From: Sedimentisphaerales bacterium | GTDB taxonomy: Bacteria; Planctomycetota; Phycisphaerae; Sedimentisphaerales; SM23-30 | Direction: 5' to 3' (one strand) | DNA length: 64,000 nt | NCBI GenBank assembly: GCA_963666285.1 | Contig: OY762711.1 | Shown here: piece by piece, positions 40,077-50,243 of the stretch | How positions within the stretch are numbered: the stretch's first letter is position 1 | How the letters are laid out: each line of letters begins with the position of its first letter | The notes under the pieces: model-generated | Databases searched by the model: none | The model's input: the letters and a program-made list of their open reading frames with translations, nothing else | What the model was told of the DNA's origin: nothing | Made by a program: the position numbers and the translations under genes

Positions 40077-40862
40077 ATGAGTCGTCAGAATTATTATAAA
40101 TCACATAAAGTTCGGCGCAGGCGGCACTATGAAAAAGACCTGATAATATCTTTGGCCAGGCTGGAAAGATCATTGCAGCCTGAGATGGGTTGCAGAAAGG
40201 TTTTGAAGCGTATAAAGCCCAAACTGGCAAAAGCCGGTATTAGTATAGGGCGAGATAGATTTTATGAAACGATGTCAGAAGCAGATATGTTGATAGAGCG
40301 TAAAAAGCGAAGTGTGACAACGACAGACAGTCGTCATAACTTTAAGACTTATAAGAATATACTGAAAGATGAAGAGCTTACAGGAGCCAATCAGGCCCTG
40401 GTAAGTGATATAACGTACATATATACAGATGAAGGATTTATGTATCTGTCGTTGATAATGGATGCATTTAGTCGCAAGATAGTTGGCTATGACTGTAGTG
40501 ATAGTTTGGAAGCAGAAGGTTGTTTGCGTGCATTAACAAAGGCGATAAAGCAATTGCCCAAAGGTAGTAATACGATACATCATTCAGATCGTGGCAGTCA
40601 GTATTGCTGCCATAGATATATAGATAAGCTTAAAAGAAATGGGCTGCGAGTTAGTATGACCGAAGATAATCATTGTTATGAGAATGCCCAGGCCGAGAGG
40701 TTAAACGGTATATTGAAGCACGAGTATGGATTGAAGAATACGTTTAAGAAAAAAGCTCATGTTCATGCTGCGGTTAAACAGGCGATAGAACTGTATAATA
40801 CCTGTCGTCCACATTTTGCTTTGGGATATCGTGTGCCTGAGGAAGTGCATATGGCGGCGTGA
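40077..40862 (+). CDS. IS3 OrfB (integrase-like DDE), fused to OrfA by -1 frameshift
   Basis: VSDITY, HHSDRGSQY, ENAQAERLNGILKHE; -1 frame is open back to the A9G site. Confidence 0.92.
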   Translation: MSRQNYYKSHKVRRRRHYEKDLIISLARLERSLQPEMGCRKVLKRIKPKLAKAGISIGRDRFYETMSEADMLIERKKRSVTTTDSRHNFKTYKNILKDEELTGANQALVSDITYIYTDEGFMYLSLIMDAFSRKIVGYDCSDSLEAEGCLRALTKAIKQLPKGSNTIHHSDRGSQYCCHRYIDKLKRNGLRVSMTEDNHCYENAQAERLNGILKHEYGLKNTFKKKAHVHAAVKQAIELYNTCRPHFALGYRVPEEVHMAA

Positions 40863-40979
40863 TATATTCCTCCGTTCCGGTCGCCCTTCGGGCTCCCTGC
40901 ACTACGGAATATATCATCAAAAAACAATAGTAAATAGAAACGGAAAGTGACAACTTTAAATCAGGACTTGACACCAACT

Positions 40980-41672
40980 TTTTTAATTCTGAATTTTTAA
41001 TTTTTAATTTCCCCCCTCCCTCCTCGCTTCTGACTTCTAACTCTTCTCATCCTTCAGGTGCCGCAATTTTAAAATAAACTTCCATACGCATCAGCTTTAA
41101 AATAAGTTGTGAGCGACAGCGAATTATTCCTGATGTCAACGTACATCAGGACACATCCTTTACACTTTGATGACGCTCCGCGGCATCTGGTCTGCCCACA
41201 ATCCAAAAATAACAACTTACGTAAATCTCGGTAAATTTCTCCCTCCGCCACACCTCTTTCCCGACCTACTAGTCAATTATCGTTAACCCACCCCACCTAT
41301 GCGTCAGCATATAAAATTAGCTCCGCCGCTAGGCGACACCTTCACATCATTGGACTTGTTCAATGATGTGCCAGAGTGCGAAGCACGTATTTCCTCTTCA
41401 CTGGCCGCTGGTCGCTGATAGCTCGCTGCTGATTGCCTGTTCTAATCTCTAGCAGCTTGGCTGCTCGCTCGCTGCTGTTATCTGGTAGCTCTTGATTTTT
41501 TATCCTTTATCCTTTATCCTTCAGAAACGCATTTCATTTCTTTCTTTATCAGTGTGCATCTGCGTCCATCCGTGGTTCTCTTTTTTTTAAGGCGTCAGCC
41601 GTTTAAAATAAGGTCCTGTACCGTATGGTACAAGACACATCAATTCTTACCTTTTACCTCTTACTTTTTACC
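40980..41672. repeat. Cluster of short palindromes and heptamer tandem repeats (REP-like debris)
   Basis: TTTTAAT and TTTATCC tracts; CACATCATTG/CAATGATGTG hairpin at 41343-41370; no credible CDS. Confidence 0.55.
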
Positions 41673-41919
41673 TGCTTTCCCATCTCCGCTTCGTTCCCGT
41701 CTGTATACCGCCGCACCCATTTAACGTCCCGCCGTATATTGCCCGCTCGTTGCCGTTCGGCCCCGTTCAAATCCGTACCCCTTTTCGCCGCCGTCCACCC
41801 GCCGCGCTGCCCCGTATATATGCCGCACTCCCTCCGTCCCCCATCAATCAGCCGCGAGCGGTAGCGAGCAACCTTCCCTAGCACCTGAAGCCTGATCCCT
41901 GGCCCCTGATTTTCTCGAA

Positions 41920-42089
41920 AAAATCACCGCGTTTTTACAACCACTAAATCGCGAAAATCTAAATTTTCCAAAATATTTATCCCGCTTATCCCCAACACCT
42001 TACAATTTTTCGGGCCAACCATCCCGCCCAAAAAATCAGCGCACTTTCGACATACCATCCAACAGTAGAGAGCTGACAAAAAATGAGAA
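41920..42089 (+). promoter_or_regulatory. Second copy of the portal-upstream element
   Basis: Gapless alignment with 701-870 at constant offset 41219. Confidence 0.6.
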
Positions 42090-42124
42090 CCGACAAAAAT
42101 CAGCTCTCTATAAAACTTAACAAC

Positions 42125-42166
42125 GACGAAAACTTCGTCTTAAACATAAATTTTGCTCTTTGAAAA
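42125..42166 (+). promoter_or_regulatory. boxB/boxA-like antitermination signal
   Basis: GACGAA-AAC-TTCGTC hairpin then TGCTCTTTGAAAA. Confidence 0.4.
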
Positions 42167-42274
42167 ATTGAATATTAAAACGATTTGTCACGGGCCTTTC
42201 CGTTCAGAATGAGTTCGCTCATTCGGTCTATGCGATATCATCGCATACCATGAGCAAGCTTGGCTTGCCCGGGT

Positions 42275-43093
42275 CTAGTCCAGACTATCTCTGGCGGGAT
42301 AGTATTTATGGATCAGCTGAATATCTTTATTTTCCGGGTTGGTGAAATTAAAGCTGCCGTCAGTATTATTTTCGATATAATTCTCAAAATGATTGGTAGT
42401 CTTTGGATTTTCCCATTTTATATTTTCTACATGCCCATCGCAGAATCCAAAATTACTGGATTTTTTGTGGAATATTCCAATCGAGTCAACTATTGTATCA
42501 GGCTTTTCTGGGTTTTGAAACCAGCCGTTATAGTTAAACCCACGTGTGTCAGCTTCTTCGACGAGCATAAATGTTTCAGCGGCATTTTTTATCTGGTCAA
42601 TTTTTGTATAGCGATATTTCTCCATTTCTTCCGGCATATCAGTACCATTCAAAGTTGATGGTATCGAATAACTGCGATAGCCGAGAGGTGAGTTTGTAAA
42701 TTTCTTATCATCAACTGAACAGCAATTGAAAATCTCATCTAATTGAATATACTTATAGAGTAGGCTTTGTTGTATCCCTCTGATCTCATTTTCCTGTGAG
42801 CAATTATTCCAATCAACAGGTTGCCTTTCTTTATTTAACGGCCCAGATACCCAGTTGGTATTGTCTTCATTTACAAATGTGTCTGCACTGATCAAATCAT
42901 CATCATTGTCGTTGGCGTATATAATAAATGCCATTGCAATTTGCTTTTGATTTGATAAGCAGACAGTTCGTCTTGCTTGATTTCTAGTGTGTCTCTGTGG
43001 AAAAGGAACCAGAATCAGTAATAATATAATAACAAATATGACTATAACTAGTTCTACCAGCGTCAAACCTTTTATGTTTTGTTTTTGTATCAT
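42275..43093 (-). CDS. Prepilin-type N-terminal / H-X9-DG domain protein (DUF1559-like)
   Basis: GLTLVELVIV; CLSNQKQI; FHKKSSNFGFCDGHV. Confidence 0.9.
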   Translation of the reverse strand: MIQKQNIKGLTLVELVIVIFVIILLLILVPFPQRHTRNQARRTVCLSNQKQIAMAFIIYANDNDDDLISADTFVNEDNTNWVSGPLNKERQPVDWNNCSQENEIRGIQQSLLYKYIQLDEIFNCCSVDDKKFTNSPLGYRSYSIPSTLNGTDMPEEMEKYRYTKIDQIKNAAETFMLVEEADTRGFNYNGWFQNPEKPDTIVDSIGIFHKKSSNFGFCDGHVENIKWENPKTTNHFENYIENNTDGSFNFTNPENKDIQLIHKYYPARDSLD

Positions 43094-43095
43094 AG

Positions 43096-43926
43096 CTATT
43101 TCCCTTTAGCGGGATAGTATTTATGGATTAGTTGAATATCTATATTTTCCTGGTCGGTGAAGTTGAAATTCCCGTCGATGTTGGTTTTCATGTAGTTCTC
43201 AAAATACTCTATGGTTTTCGGATTATTGCATTTTATTGCTTTGACATGTCCATCACAAAAGGTGAAGTTGCTGAATTTGTCATAGTTACCGTAATGGAAC
43301 AAACCAATTGAGTCTATGATGGTATCTGTTTTTTCTGGGTTCTGGAACCACCCGTTATAGTTAAACCCGCGAGTATCAGCTTCTTCAACCAGCATTAATG
43401 TTTCAGTGGCATTTTTAATATTATCTAGTTTCAAATACCGATATTTCTTCCATTCTTCTGGTAGGTCTGTTCCGTTTAATGTTGATGGAATTGAATAGTT
43501 GCGGTAGCCTAGGGGAGAGTTGGCATAATACTTTTCTTTTGCTGGACAATGAAAAGTTCTTATTTCATCTGTGTGCATGTATTTGAAAATTAAACTATTT
43601 CTTATTCCTGTTATTTCGCTTTCTTGAGATACATTTTGCCAATTTACTGGCTGTTTGTTTTTTTGCATTGGTTCAGATATCCAGTTGGATTTATCGTTAT
43701 TTGCGAAAGTGTCAGAACTGACTAGTTTGTCATCATTGTCTTTGGTATATTGGATTATAGTATTTGAAATGATTTTTTGATTTGTTTGGCAGACTGTGTT
43801 TATTGCCAGGTCTCTCGGACCTCTATGTGGGAAAATGGCAGGGAGAAATATTATTAGTAGTATGACGATTGCTATAATTATAACTACCTCAATCAGCGTC
43901 AAACCTCTTATATTTTGCTTTTTCAT
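43096..43926 (-). CDS. Prepilin-type N-terminal / H-X9-DG domain protein (tandem paralog)
   Basis: GLTLIEVVII; CQTNQKII; FH...SNFTFCDGHV; shares LVEEADTRGFNYNGWFQNPEK. Confidence 0.9.
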   Translation of the reverse strand: MKKQNIRGLTLIEVVIIIAIVILLIIFLPAIFPHRGPRDLAINTVCQTNQKIISNTIIQYTKDNDDKLVSSDTFANNDKSNWISEPMQKNKQPVNWQNVSQESEITGIRNSLIFKYMHTDEIRTFHCPAKEKYYANSPLGYRNYSIPSTLNGTDLPEEWKKYRYLKLDNIKNATETLMLVEEADTRGFNYNGWFQNPEKTDTIIDSIGLFHYGNYDKFSNFTFCDGHVKAIKCNNPKTIEYFENYMKTNIDGNFNFTDQENIDIQLIHKYYPAKGK

Positions 43927-44159
43927 ACCATATCCCTTTTTCAAAACAAATACACTCTAAACAAGGTAAGAGCAAGTCAGTATGACTTGCCCTTTAATTC
44001 ATTACAATCAATATTAGTCACCGAGCAGAGCGAGGTCTGGTGCAGACTTTACCTGTCGCCGGGGCCGGCGGTAAACATTCGCCGAAGGCGATAAAAACCA
44101 GGTCGCGCAGCGACACCTCAGCTTATTACTTGTTACTTATATCTTATTACTGCTTCAGG

Positions 44160-45620
44160 TTAATCCTTCAGTTTAGAATCAATAATCTCACCCGCAACTT
44201 TAGGGTTAGCCTGGCCCTTAGACTTTTGCATTACCTGGCCCAGCAGGAACCCGCGTGCCTTACCGGCTTTCTTACCGCCTTCTTTTACATCATTAACGGC
44301 ATTTTCATTCGCGGCGATAACTTCATCAACCAGCTTCTCAAGCTCACCGGCATCGGATTTCTGTACCAGGCTGTGCTTCTCGGCCAATGCCGCTGCGTCA
44401 CCATCCTCACTTGTCATTATCTCGAACAGCTTAGCCGACGCTGTAGCATTAATAGTACCATCCTCAACCAGGTTAGCAAGTTGCGCGACTCTTTCAGGGC
44501 TTATGCCGAGCTGGTCAATGGAACATTGCTTTTCGCTTGCCATGTTAACAGCAAACTGGGTGATTATATTCGCCAGTCGTTTCGACGGACCACCCGCTTT
44601 TACCGCCGCGTCAAAGTATCGTGCCATCGGAGCTTCAGCTGTCAGAACCCCGGCATCATATTCCTTAAGACCAAGTTCATTAATAAACCGATCTTTCATC
44701 GCCAGCGGCAGCTCGCACATTGTCGATTTGATCTTATCCAGCCACTCTTTTGTCATCTTCACCGGCACAAGGTCGGGGTCCGGGAAATAACGATAGTCGT
44801 GTGATTCCTCTTTTTCACGCTGAAAGACTGTCTCGCCTTTGCCGTCGTCCCAGCCGCGGTTCTGTTTGCCCCGGTTTTCCATGGTAAAGGTCCGGTCTTT
44901 TTTGAACTCTTCCAGCTGACGCCATTCTTCGTAAGCGACCGCACCTTCGACCGCGCGAAAACTGTTCAGGTTCTTTACCTCGGTAATCGGTGTTTTGTAA
45001 GTCTGGTCGCCATCGGTTATCTTCAGGTTAATGTTTGGCTCAAACCGTATCTGGCCCAGCTGCATATTCGCATCAGAAACTTCCAAAAACTGCATTATCT
45101 TCTGCAGCTCTTGTGCCAGTATTCGACATTGTTCCGGCGTTTCCAGGTCCGGCTCGGTTACAATCTCCAGCAGCGGGGTACCCGCTCTGTTCAGGTCAAC
45201 CTGCGAATGTGGCAAGCCTTCATGCTGGTTCTTACCGGCATCTTCTTCCAGGTGGGCGCGGTTAATTCGCACTCGATGGGTGCTGCCGTCTGGCATTGGC
45301 AGGTCAATATAGCCCTGGTAGCTGAACGGCAAGTCATACTGGCTTATCTGGTAATTCTTCGGCAGGTCCGGGTAGTAGTAACCTTTACGGTCCCACTTGG
45401 TAAACTCCGCTATATTCAGGTTCAACGCCAGTGCCGCCTTGACCGAATATTCGAATGCCTTCTTGTTCATAACCGGCAGCGAACCGGGCATCCCCAGGCA
45501 GACCGGGCATACGTTGCTGTTCGGTGCATCGCCATAGCCCAGCTTACAACCGCAGAATATTTTTGTATTGCAGGCCAGCTGCACGTGTATTTCCATTCCA
45601 ACTACTAATTTAGCTTCCAT
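44160..45620 (-). CDS. gatB: Asp/Glu-tRNA amidotransferase subunit B
   Basis: GMEIHVQL, YPDLPKNYQISQ, HLEEDAGK, DLNRAGTPLLEIV, DYRYFPDPDL. Confidence 0.98.
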   Translation of the reverse strand: MEAKLVVGMEIHVQLACNTKIFCGCKLGYGDAPNSNVCPVCLGMPGSLPVMNKKAFEYSVKAALALNLNIAEFTKWDRKGYYYPDLPKNYQISQYDLPFSYQGYIDLPMPDGSTHRVRINRAHLEEDAGKNQHEGLPHSQVDLNRAGTPLLEIVTEPDLETPEQCRILAQELQKIMQFLEVSDANMQLGQIRFEPNINLKITDGDQTYKTPITEVKNLNSFRAVEGAVAYEEWRQLEEFKKDRTFTMENRGKQNRGWDDGKGETVFQREKEESHDYRYFPDPDLVPVKMTKEWLDKIKSTMCELPLAMKDRFINELGLKEYDAGVLTAEAPMARYFDAAVKAGGPSKRLANIITQFAVNMASEKQCSIDQLGISPERVAQLANLVEDGTINATASAKLFEIMTSEDGDAAALAEKHSLVQKSDAGELEKLVDEVIAANENAVNDVKEGGKKAGKARGFLLGQVMQKSKGQANPKVAGEIIDSKLKD

Positions 45621-45730
45621 TATTTCCTCGTTTATTTATGCTGGCATTTGGTATTAACTATAATAAAACCAGTCTCGCCGTAATGCGTTACCTTCCCTAA
45701 GTACCTAATAACAAACACCTGATATTTTTT

Positions 45731-47179
45731 TTAACCGTTCGCCTTCTCAAACATTCTCGCGATTCGCAGCATTTTAGCTTCGGTAAAGTACGGTGTCATA
45801 ATCTGTAATCCGATAGGCATGCTGTCATTACCCTTGCCGCACGGAATACTGATTCCAGGAATACCGGCCAGGTTTACACCAATTGTATAAATATCTGACA
45901 AGTACATTTTTAGCGGGTCGTCTGTCTTTTCGCCGATACCAAATGCAGTTTCAGGCGAGGTCGGACACATCAGGCAGTCACATTTTTCAAATGCCTTTTC
46001 GAAATCCTGCCTGATAAGATTACGGACCTTTAACGCTTTAACGTAATACGCATCATAATAACCGGCACTAAGAGCATAAGTACCCAGCATTATACGGCGT
46101 TTTACTTCGTCACCAAAACCTTCCTCACGAGATGAATAATAAACATCCAGGTAATCTTTCGGGTTCTCTGTACGATGGCCGTAATGAACTCCGTCATAAC
46201 GCGTCAGGTTACTGGAACATTCCGCGGTTGCTACCATATAATATGTAGCAATTGAATAAGGCAAATGAGGCATATCTACATTTACTATTTCAGCACCAAG
46301 TGATTTATAAACTTCGAGAGCTGCTTCGATACTCTTGCGAACATCGTCATGCAGTCCTTCAACCTCAAAGAATTCCTTGGCTACTCCGATTTTCAATCCT
46401 TCGATTGGTTTGTCCAGGTCGGTAAGATAATCATCAATTGGTGCCTGCTCTTCACTTATACTGGTTGAGTCGCGTTGGTCATGTCCGGCAATAACGCTTA
46501 AGCCCAATGCGGCATCCGCAACTGTCCTGCCGAAAGGTCCGATCTGGTCCAGGCTGCTACCGTAAGCTACCAGCCCATATCGACTTACACGGCCATAGGT
46601 AGGTTTCAAACCGACCACGCCGCAGAAGCTTGCCGGTTGTCTAATCGAGCCGCCGGTGTCACTGCCGTATGAGATATATGCCATGTTGGCAACTGTTGCC
46701 GCTGCCGAGCCGCCGCTACTGCCGCCTGGCACCTTGCTATGGTCCAGCGGGTTTACGGTTTGTTTGAGAGCTGAGTTTTCACAGCTGGATCCCATCGCAT
46801 ACTCGTCCAGGTTAGTCTTACCGATAATTACGGCATCAGCTTTTTCCAATAGCTCGATCACATGAGCATTATATGGCGAATTGAAATTCTCCAGCATCTT
46901 CGAACCACAGGTTGTCGTGCCGAATGTGGTACATATATTATCCTTTACTGCAATCGGCAGCCCGGCAAGAGCTCCGACCGACTCGCCGGCCGCAATTCTG
47001 GCATCAATTTCGGCGGCTTTTTTCAGAGCACCGTCTTTAAACAGGCTGATAAAAGCACCGATTTGGCCTTCCTGTGCCTCGATCTGTTCAAATACAGCGT
47101 TTACTGCTTCTACGCTGGTAAGTTCTTTGTTTTTTATCTTATTTACAGCTTCGACAGCTGATATTTGTGCTATAGACAT
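45731..47179 (-). CDS. gatA: Asp/Glu-tRNA amidotransferase subunit A
   Basis: Amidase signature PGGSSGGSAA, GSDTGGSIRQPA; start moved to ATG 47179. Confidence 0.98.
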   Translation of the reverse strand: MSIAQISAVEAVNKIKNKELTSVEAVNAVFEQIEAQEGQIGAFISLFKDGALKKAAEIDARIAAGESVGALAGLPIAVKDNICTTFGTTTCGSKMLENFNSPYNAHVIELLEKADAVIIGKTNLDEYAMGSSCENSALKQTVNPLDHSKVPGGSSGGSAAATVANMAYISYGSDTGGSIRQPASFCGVVGLKPTYGRVSRYGLVAYGSSLDQIGPFGRTVADAALGLSVIAGHDQRDSTSISEEQAPIDDYLTDLDKPIEGLKIGVAKEFFEVEGLHDDVRKSIEAALEVYKSLGAEIVNVDMPHLPYSIATYYMVATAECSSNLTRYDGVHYGHRTENPKDYLDVYYSSREEGFGDEVKRRIMLGTYALSAGYYDAYYVKALKVRNLIRQDFEKAFEKCDCLMCPTSPETAFGIGEKTDDPLKMYLSDIYTIGVNLAGIPGISIPCGKGNDSMPIGLQIMTPYFTEAKMLRIARMFEKANG

Positions 47180-47316
47180 CTTTCGTACCTTAATTATTGG
47201 TATTGAGTTATTACTTCTATCTATTTCAAGTTCCGCATTAGCGATCAAATAATCGTGATCCGTAAGGCGAACACCTTAAGTTATCACTTTTAGTTTTTCA
47301 CTTTTACTGAATTAAT

Positions 47317-47619
47317 TTAGCTTCCTTCCCCAAGTACTTTAGGGATTGCAAAATATTCGCCATCGCGATGCGGGGCGTTTTTCAATGCCTCATCATTTGG
47401 TAAAGACGGCCGAACGACATCTTCACGAAATACATTACTTACCGGCAGACTATGCGCCAGCGGTTCAACTCCGTCGGTATCAACTTCGTTCAGCTGATCT
47501 ATGTAATCCAGAATTGCTCCCAGCTGACCTGTAAATTGCTTTATTTCTTCATCAGTACAATTCAGGCGTGCCAGTTTGGCGACCTGTCGTACCTGCTGTT
47601 CGGTCAATTGTTCAGACAT
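47317..47619 (-). CDS. gatC: Asp/Glu-tRNA amidotransferase subunit C
   Basis: VAKLARL, LNEVDTDGVEP, FRED, FAIPKV. Confidence 0.96.
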   Translation of the reverse strand: MSEQLTEQQVRQVAKLARLNCTDEEIKQFTGQLGAILDYIDQLNEVDTDGVEPLAHSLPVSNVFREDVVRPSLPNDEALKNAPHRDGEYFAIPKVLGEGS

Positions 47620-47977
47620 AAAAGTATTCCTTTTGATATTTGGGTTAAACCCTTTTATTGTAATATCTTAAGCCTTGCAATTATTGCTGTTGTCACCTGG
47701 CTGATAATGCAAAACCTGTAATAAAACCATAATTTTATACTCAACGGCTGATATTTGCAAAATGCAATTTTGGTTTTATTGTCATATTTGAGTATAAATT
47801 GTTGTAAAATAAGCAATAATGAAAATAATAGGTGTTAGTTCCAGGTGAAATATATTGGGCCTTCCTTTTTCTGCGGATTTCTATATTTTCTTGCTATTTT
47901 GCTTCGAGTAATTATAATATAAGGTTTCTTTCGAGCAGGAGACTCGGAATTTGTAAGATTGCTATAGAGTAAGATAA

Positions 47978-48853
47978 ATGGACAAGGCAACACAAAAAGC
48001 AAAAGGCCTGATCGAGGCACTAAGTTTTATCAGGCAGTTCAGGGACAAGATAGTCGTTATTAAGCTGGGCGGTTCTCTTATGGAAGAAGACCATTCCCAG
48101 CGTCAGCTATTGAATGATGTTGTTTTTATGTCAACGGTTGGTATGTGCCCTATCCTGGTTCATGGCGGTGGCAAGAGCGTTAGTGCAGCCATGAAAGAAG
48201 CCGGTATAGAACCTGTGTTTGTGCAGGGCAGACGCTATACCGATGAAAAAACTCTGCTTATAGCTGAACAGGTACTGGTTAACCAGATTAATGCCAGTAT
48301 AGTTGAATCATTAAATGTTCTTGGTGCCCAGGCTATGGGTTTGCATTCGCTCAGCAGTTGTGTTATTACAGCCAAAAAGATCACTCTAGACGGCGAGGAA
48401 GGCAGAAAGCTTGATATCGGGCTGGTAGGCGATGTTACCGAGGTTAATGCTGAACTGTTGAAAGTGCTTTGTGCATCAGGAGTTATCCCTGTAATCGCTC
48501 CGATTGGCGTCAATAAGGCCGGTGGAAAGCTGAATATCAATGCCGATACTGTTGCCGGGAAAGTTGCCGCAGCTGTCGGATCAGCCAAGCTGGTTATGAT
48601 GAGCGATACACACGGTATTTATGAGAAGTTTGGCGATGAAAGTACTCATATCAGCAAAATCACTCAAGATGAGGTTGAAAAGTATATTGCTGATGGTGTT
48701 ATATCCGGAGGGATGCTGCCCAAGGTAGCTGCTTGTTTAGAAGCGCTGCATGCGGGCGTCGACCGTGCCCATATTATTGACGGCAATATCCTGCATTCAT
48801 TATTGCTGGAGATTTACACCGATAAAGGTGTTGGCACGTTGATAACCCACTAG
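47978..48853 (+). CDS. argB: Acetylglutamate kinase
   Basis: VIKLGGS, VHGGG, NINADT, SGGMLPK. Confidence 0.96.
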   Translation: MDKATQKAKGLIEALSFIRQFRDKIVVIKLGGSLMEEDHSQRQLLNDVVFMSTVGMCPILVHGGGKSVSAAMKEAGIEPVFVQGRRYTDEKTLLIAEQVLVNQINASIVESLNVLGAQAMGLHSLSSCVITAKKITLDGEEGRKLDIGLVGDVTEVNAELLKVLCASGVIPVIAPIGVNKAGGKLNINADTVAGKVAAAVGSAKLVMMSDTHGIYEKFGDESTHISKITQDEVEKYIADGVISGGMLPKVAACLEALHAGVDRAHIIDGNILHSLLLEIYTDKGVGTLITH

Positions 48854-48984
48854 GGCAGGGATAAGTAATTAGGCAAAAGTCATTAGGGGTGGTATCGCCT
48901 GACGGCGAAGCTATTAATTATTCCAGCATGATATTAATAAAAAATAACTCTATTGCGAGTTTTAAATAAACAGGAATAATAAAA

Positions 48985-50163
48985 ATGAATTTTGATTCAA
49001 TAAAAGAGATTTTTGACAAAAATGTAATTGCAAATTACGGCCGGTTGCCTTTTGTTATTAACAAAGGTAAAGGTTGTAAAATATGGGACAGTGAAGGCAA
49101 TGAATACTTGGATATGTTTCCCGGTTGGGCGGTAAGCGGGATAGGACATTGTCACGACAGGGTGGTTAATGCCATAACCGAGCAGGCCAAAGAGCTGATC
49201 CATATAGATAACACTTTCTATAACGAAAAACAGGGATTGCTGGCCCAGATGCTCAGTGAGCGTTCTTTTGGCGGAAAATGCTTTTTCTGTAATAGCGGTG
49301 CCGAGGCTGTTGAAGCTGCTTTGAAACTTAGCAGGCTGCATACTGAAAGCAATAAATATAAAATAATCAGTTTTGAAGGCGGTTTTCATGGCAGAACGAT
49401 GGGAGCTATAACAGCTACAGCCCAGCCGAAATACCATAGAGGCTTTCTGCCGCTGGTGCCGGGTTTTATTTACCTGCCGTTTAATGATGTTGAAGCGTTA
49501 AAGGCTGCTTTTGATGATGAAGTTGCTGCTGTTATTGTTGAGCCTATCCAGGGTGAGGGTGGTGTTAGGCCAGCTTCTGAAGAGTTTCTTTCTACTATTC
49601 GCGAACTGTGTGATGCTAACGGAGCTCTTGCGATCTGGGATGAAGTTCAAACCGGCATGGGTCGTACCGGCAAATGGTTCGGTTATCAGCATTATGATAT
49701 TGTTCCTGATATTATGACATTGTCAAAATCGCTTGGCGGTGGTGTAAGTATTGGTGCTATTGTTGCCCGGTCAGAAGTTGCCGATTCACTGGTGCCTGGT
49801 ACGCATGCTTCTACTTTTGGCGGAAACCCGCTGGTTTGTGCCGCGGCAATTGCCACTATCGAAGCTATCGAGCAGGAAGGATTGCTGGAAAATGCCAATA
49901 AGATGGGCCGGTATACCAGGGAAAAACTTGATGAATTGAAGGTCAAACATTCCTGTATCAAGGATGTCCGCGGTATGGGGCTTATGCTTGGTATTATCCT
50001 CGATAAACCGGCAGCTGATATAGTGTCAGCATGCTGGGCAAAGGGTGTAAGAATAAATTGTACACAGGAGAAAGTTATACGTTTCATGCCTCCAATGATA
50101 GTTACAGAAGCAGAAATTGATAAGGCTATTACGATACTTGATGAGGTAATGAGCGAGAATTAA
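48985..50163 (+). CDS. argD: Acetylornithine aminotransferase
   Basis: NSGAEA, FHGRT, EPIQGEGG, DEVQTG, HASTFGGNP; arg cluster. Confidence 0.93.
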   Translation: MNFDSIKEIFDKNVIANYGRLPFVINKGKGCKIWDSEGNEYLDMFPGWAVSGIGHCHDRVVNAITEQAKELIHIDNTFYNEKQGLLAQMLSERSFGGKCFFCNSGAEAVEAALKLSRLHTESNKYKIISFEGGFHGRTMGAITATAQPKYHRGFLPLVPGFIYLPFNDVEALKAAFDDEVAAVIVEPIQGEGGVRPASEEFLSTIRELCDANGALAIWDEVQTGMGRTGKWFGYQHYDIVPDIMTLSKSLGGGVSIGAIVARSEVADSLVPGTHASTFGGNPLVCAAAIATIEAIEQEGLLENANKMGRYTREKLDELKVKHSCIKDVRGMGLMLGIILDKPAADIVSACWAKGVRINCTQEKVIRFMPPMIVTEAEIDKAITILDEVMSEN

Positions 50164-50243
50164 ATAAATGATTATCCCGGTTTAACGGGATACCTTAACT
50201 ACTAGTTATTAACTATTAGTTATAAATATTAAAAGGTTTTATT

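Larger units (their letters stand above)
39562..40973 (+). mobile_element. Insertion sequence, IS3 family
   Basis: TG...CA ends; IR TGTC..GTCCTG....AAGTTGTCAC; 3-bp target duplication CCA. Confidence 0.92.

Noticed and set aside
41625..41884. Short ORFs on both strands, or DGR template repeat
   Set aside because: Low-complexity translations without RBS; no reverse transcriptase or adenine-variant partner repeat seen in the window.
42066..42274. rRNA operon start
   Set aside because: boxA-like motif present but no 16S or tRNA sequence follows.
44040..44804. 254-aa + strand ORF and similar shadow ORFs (1137-1883, 56598-57383 and others)
   Set aside because: Antisense or off-frame overlaps of well-supported genes with no recognisable motifs.
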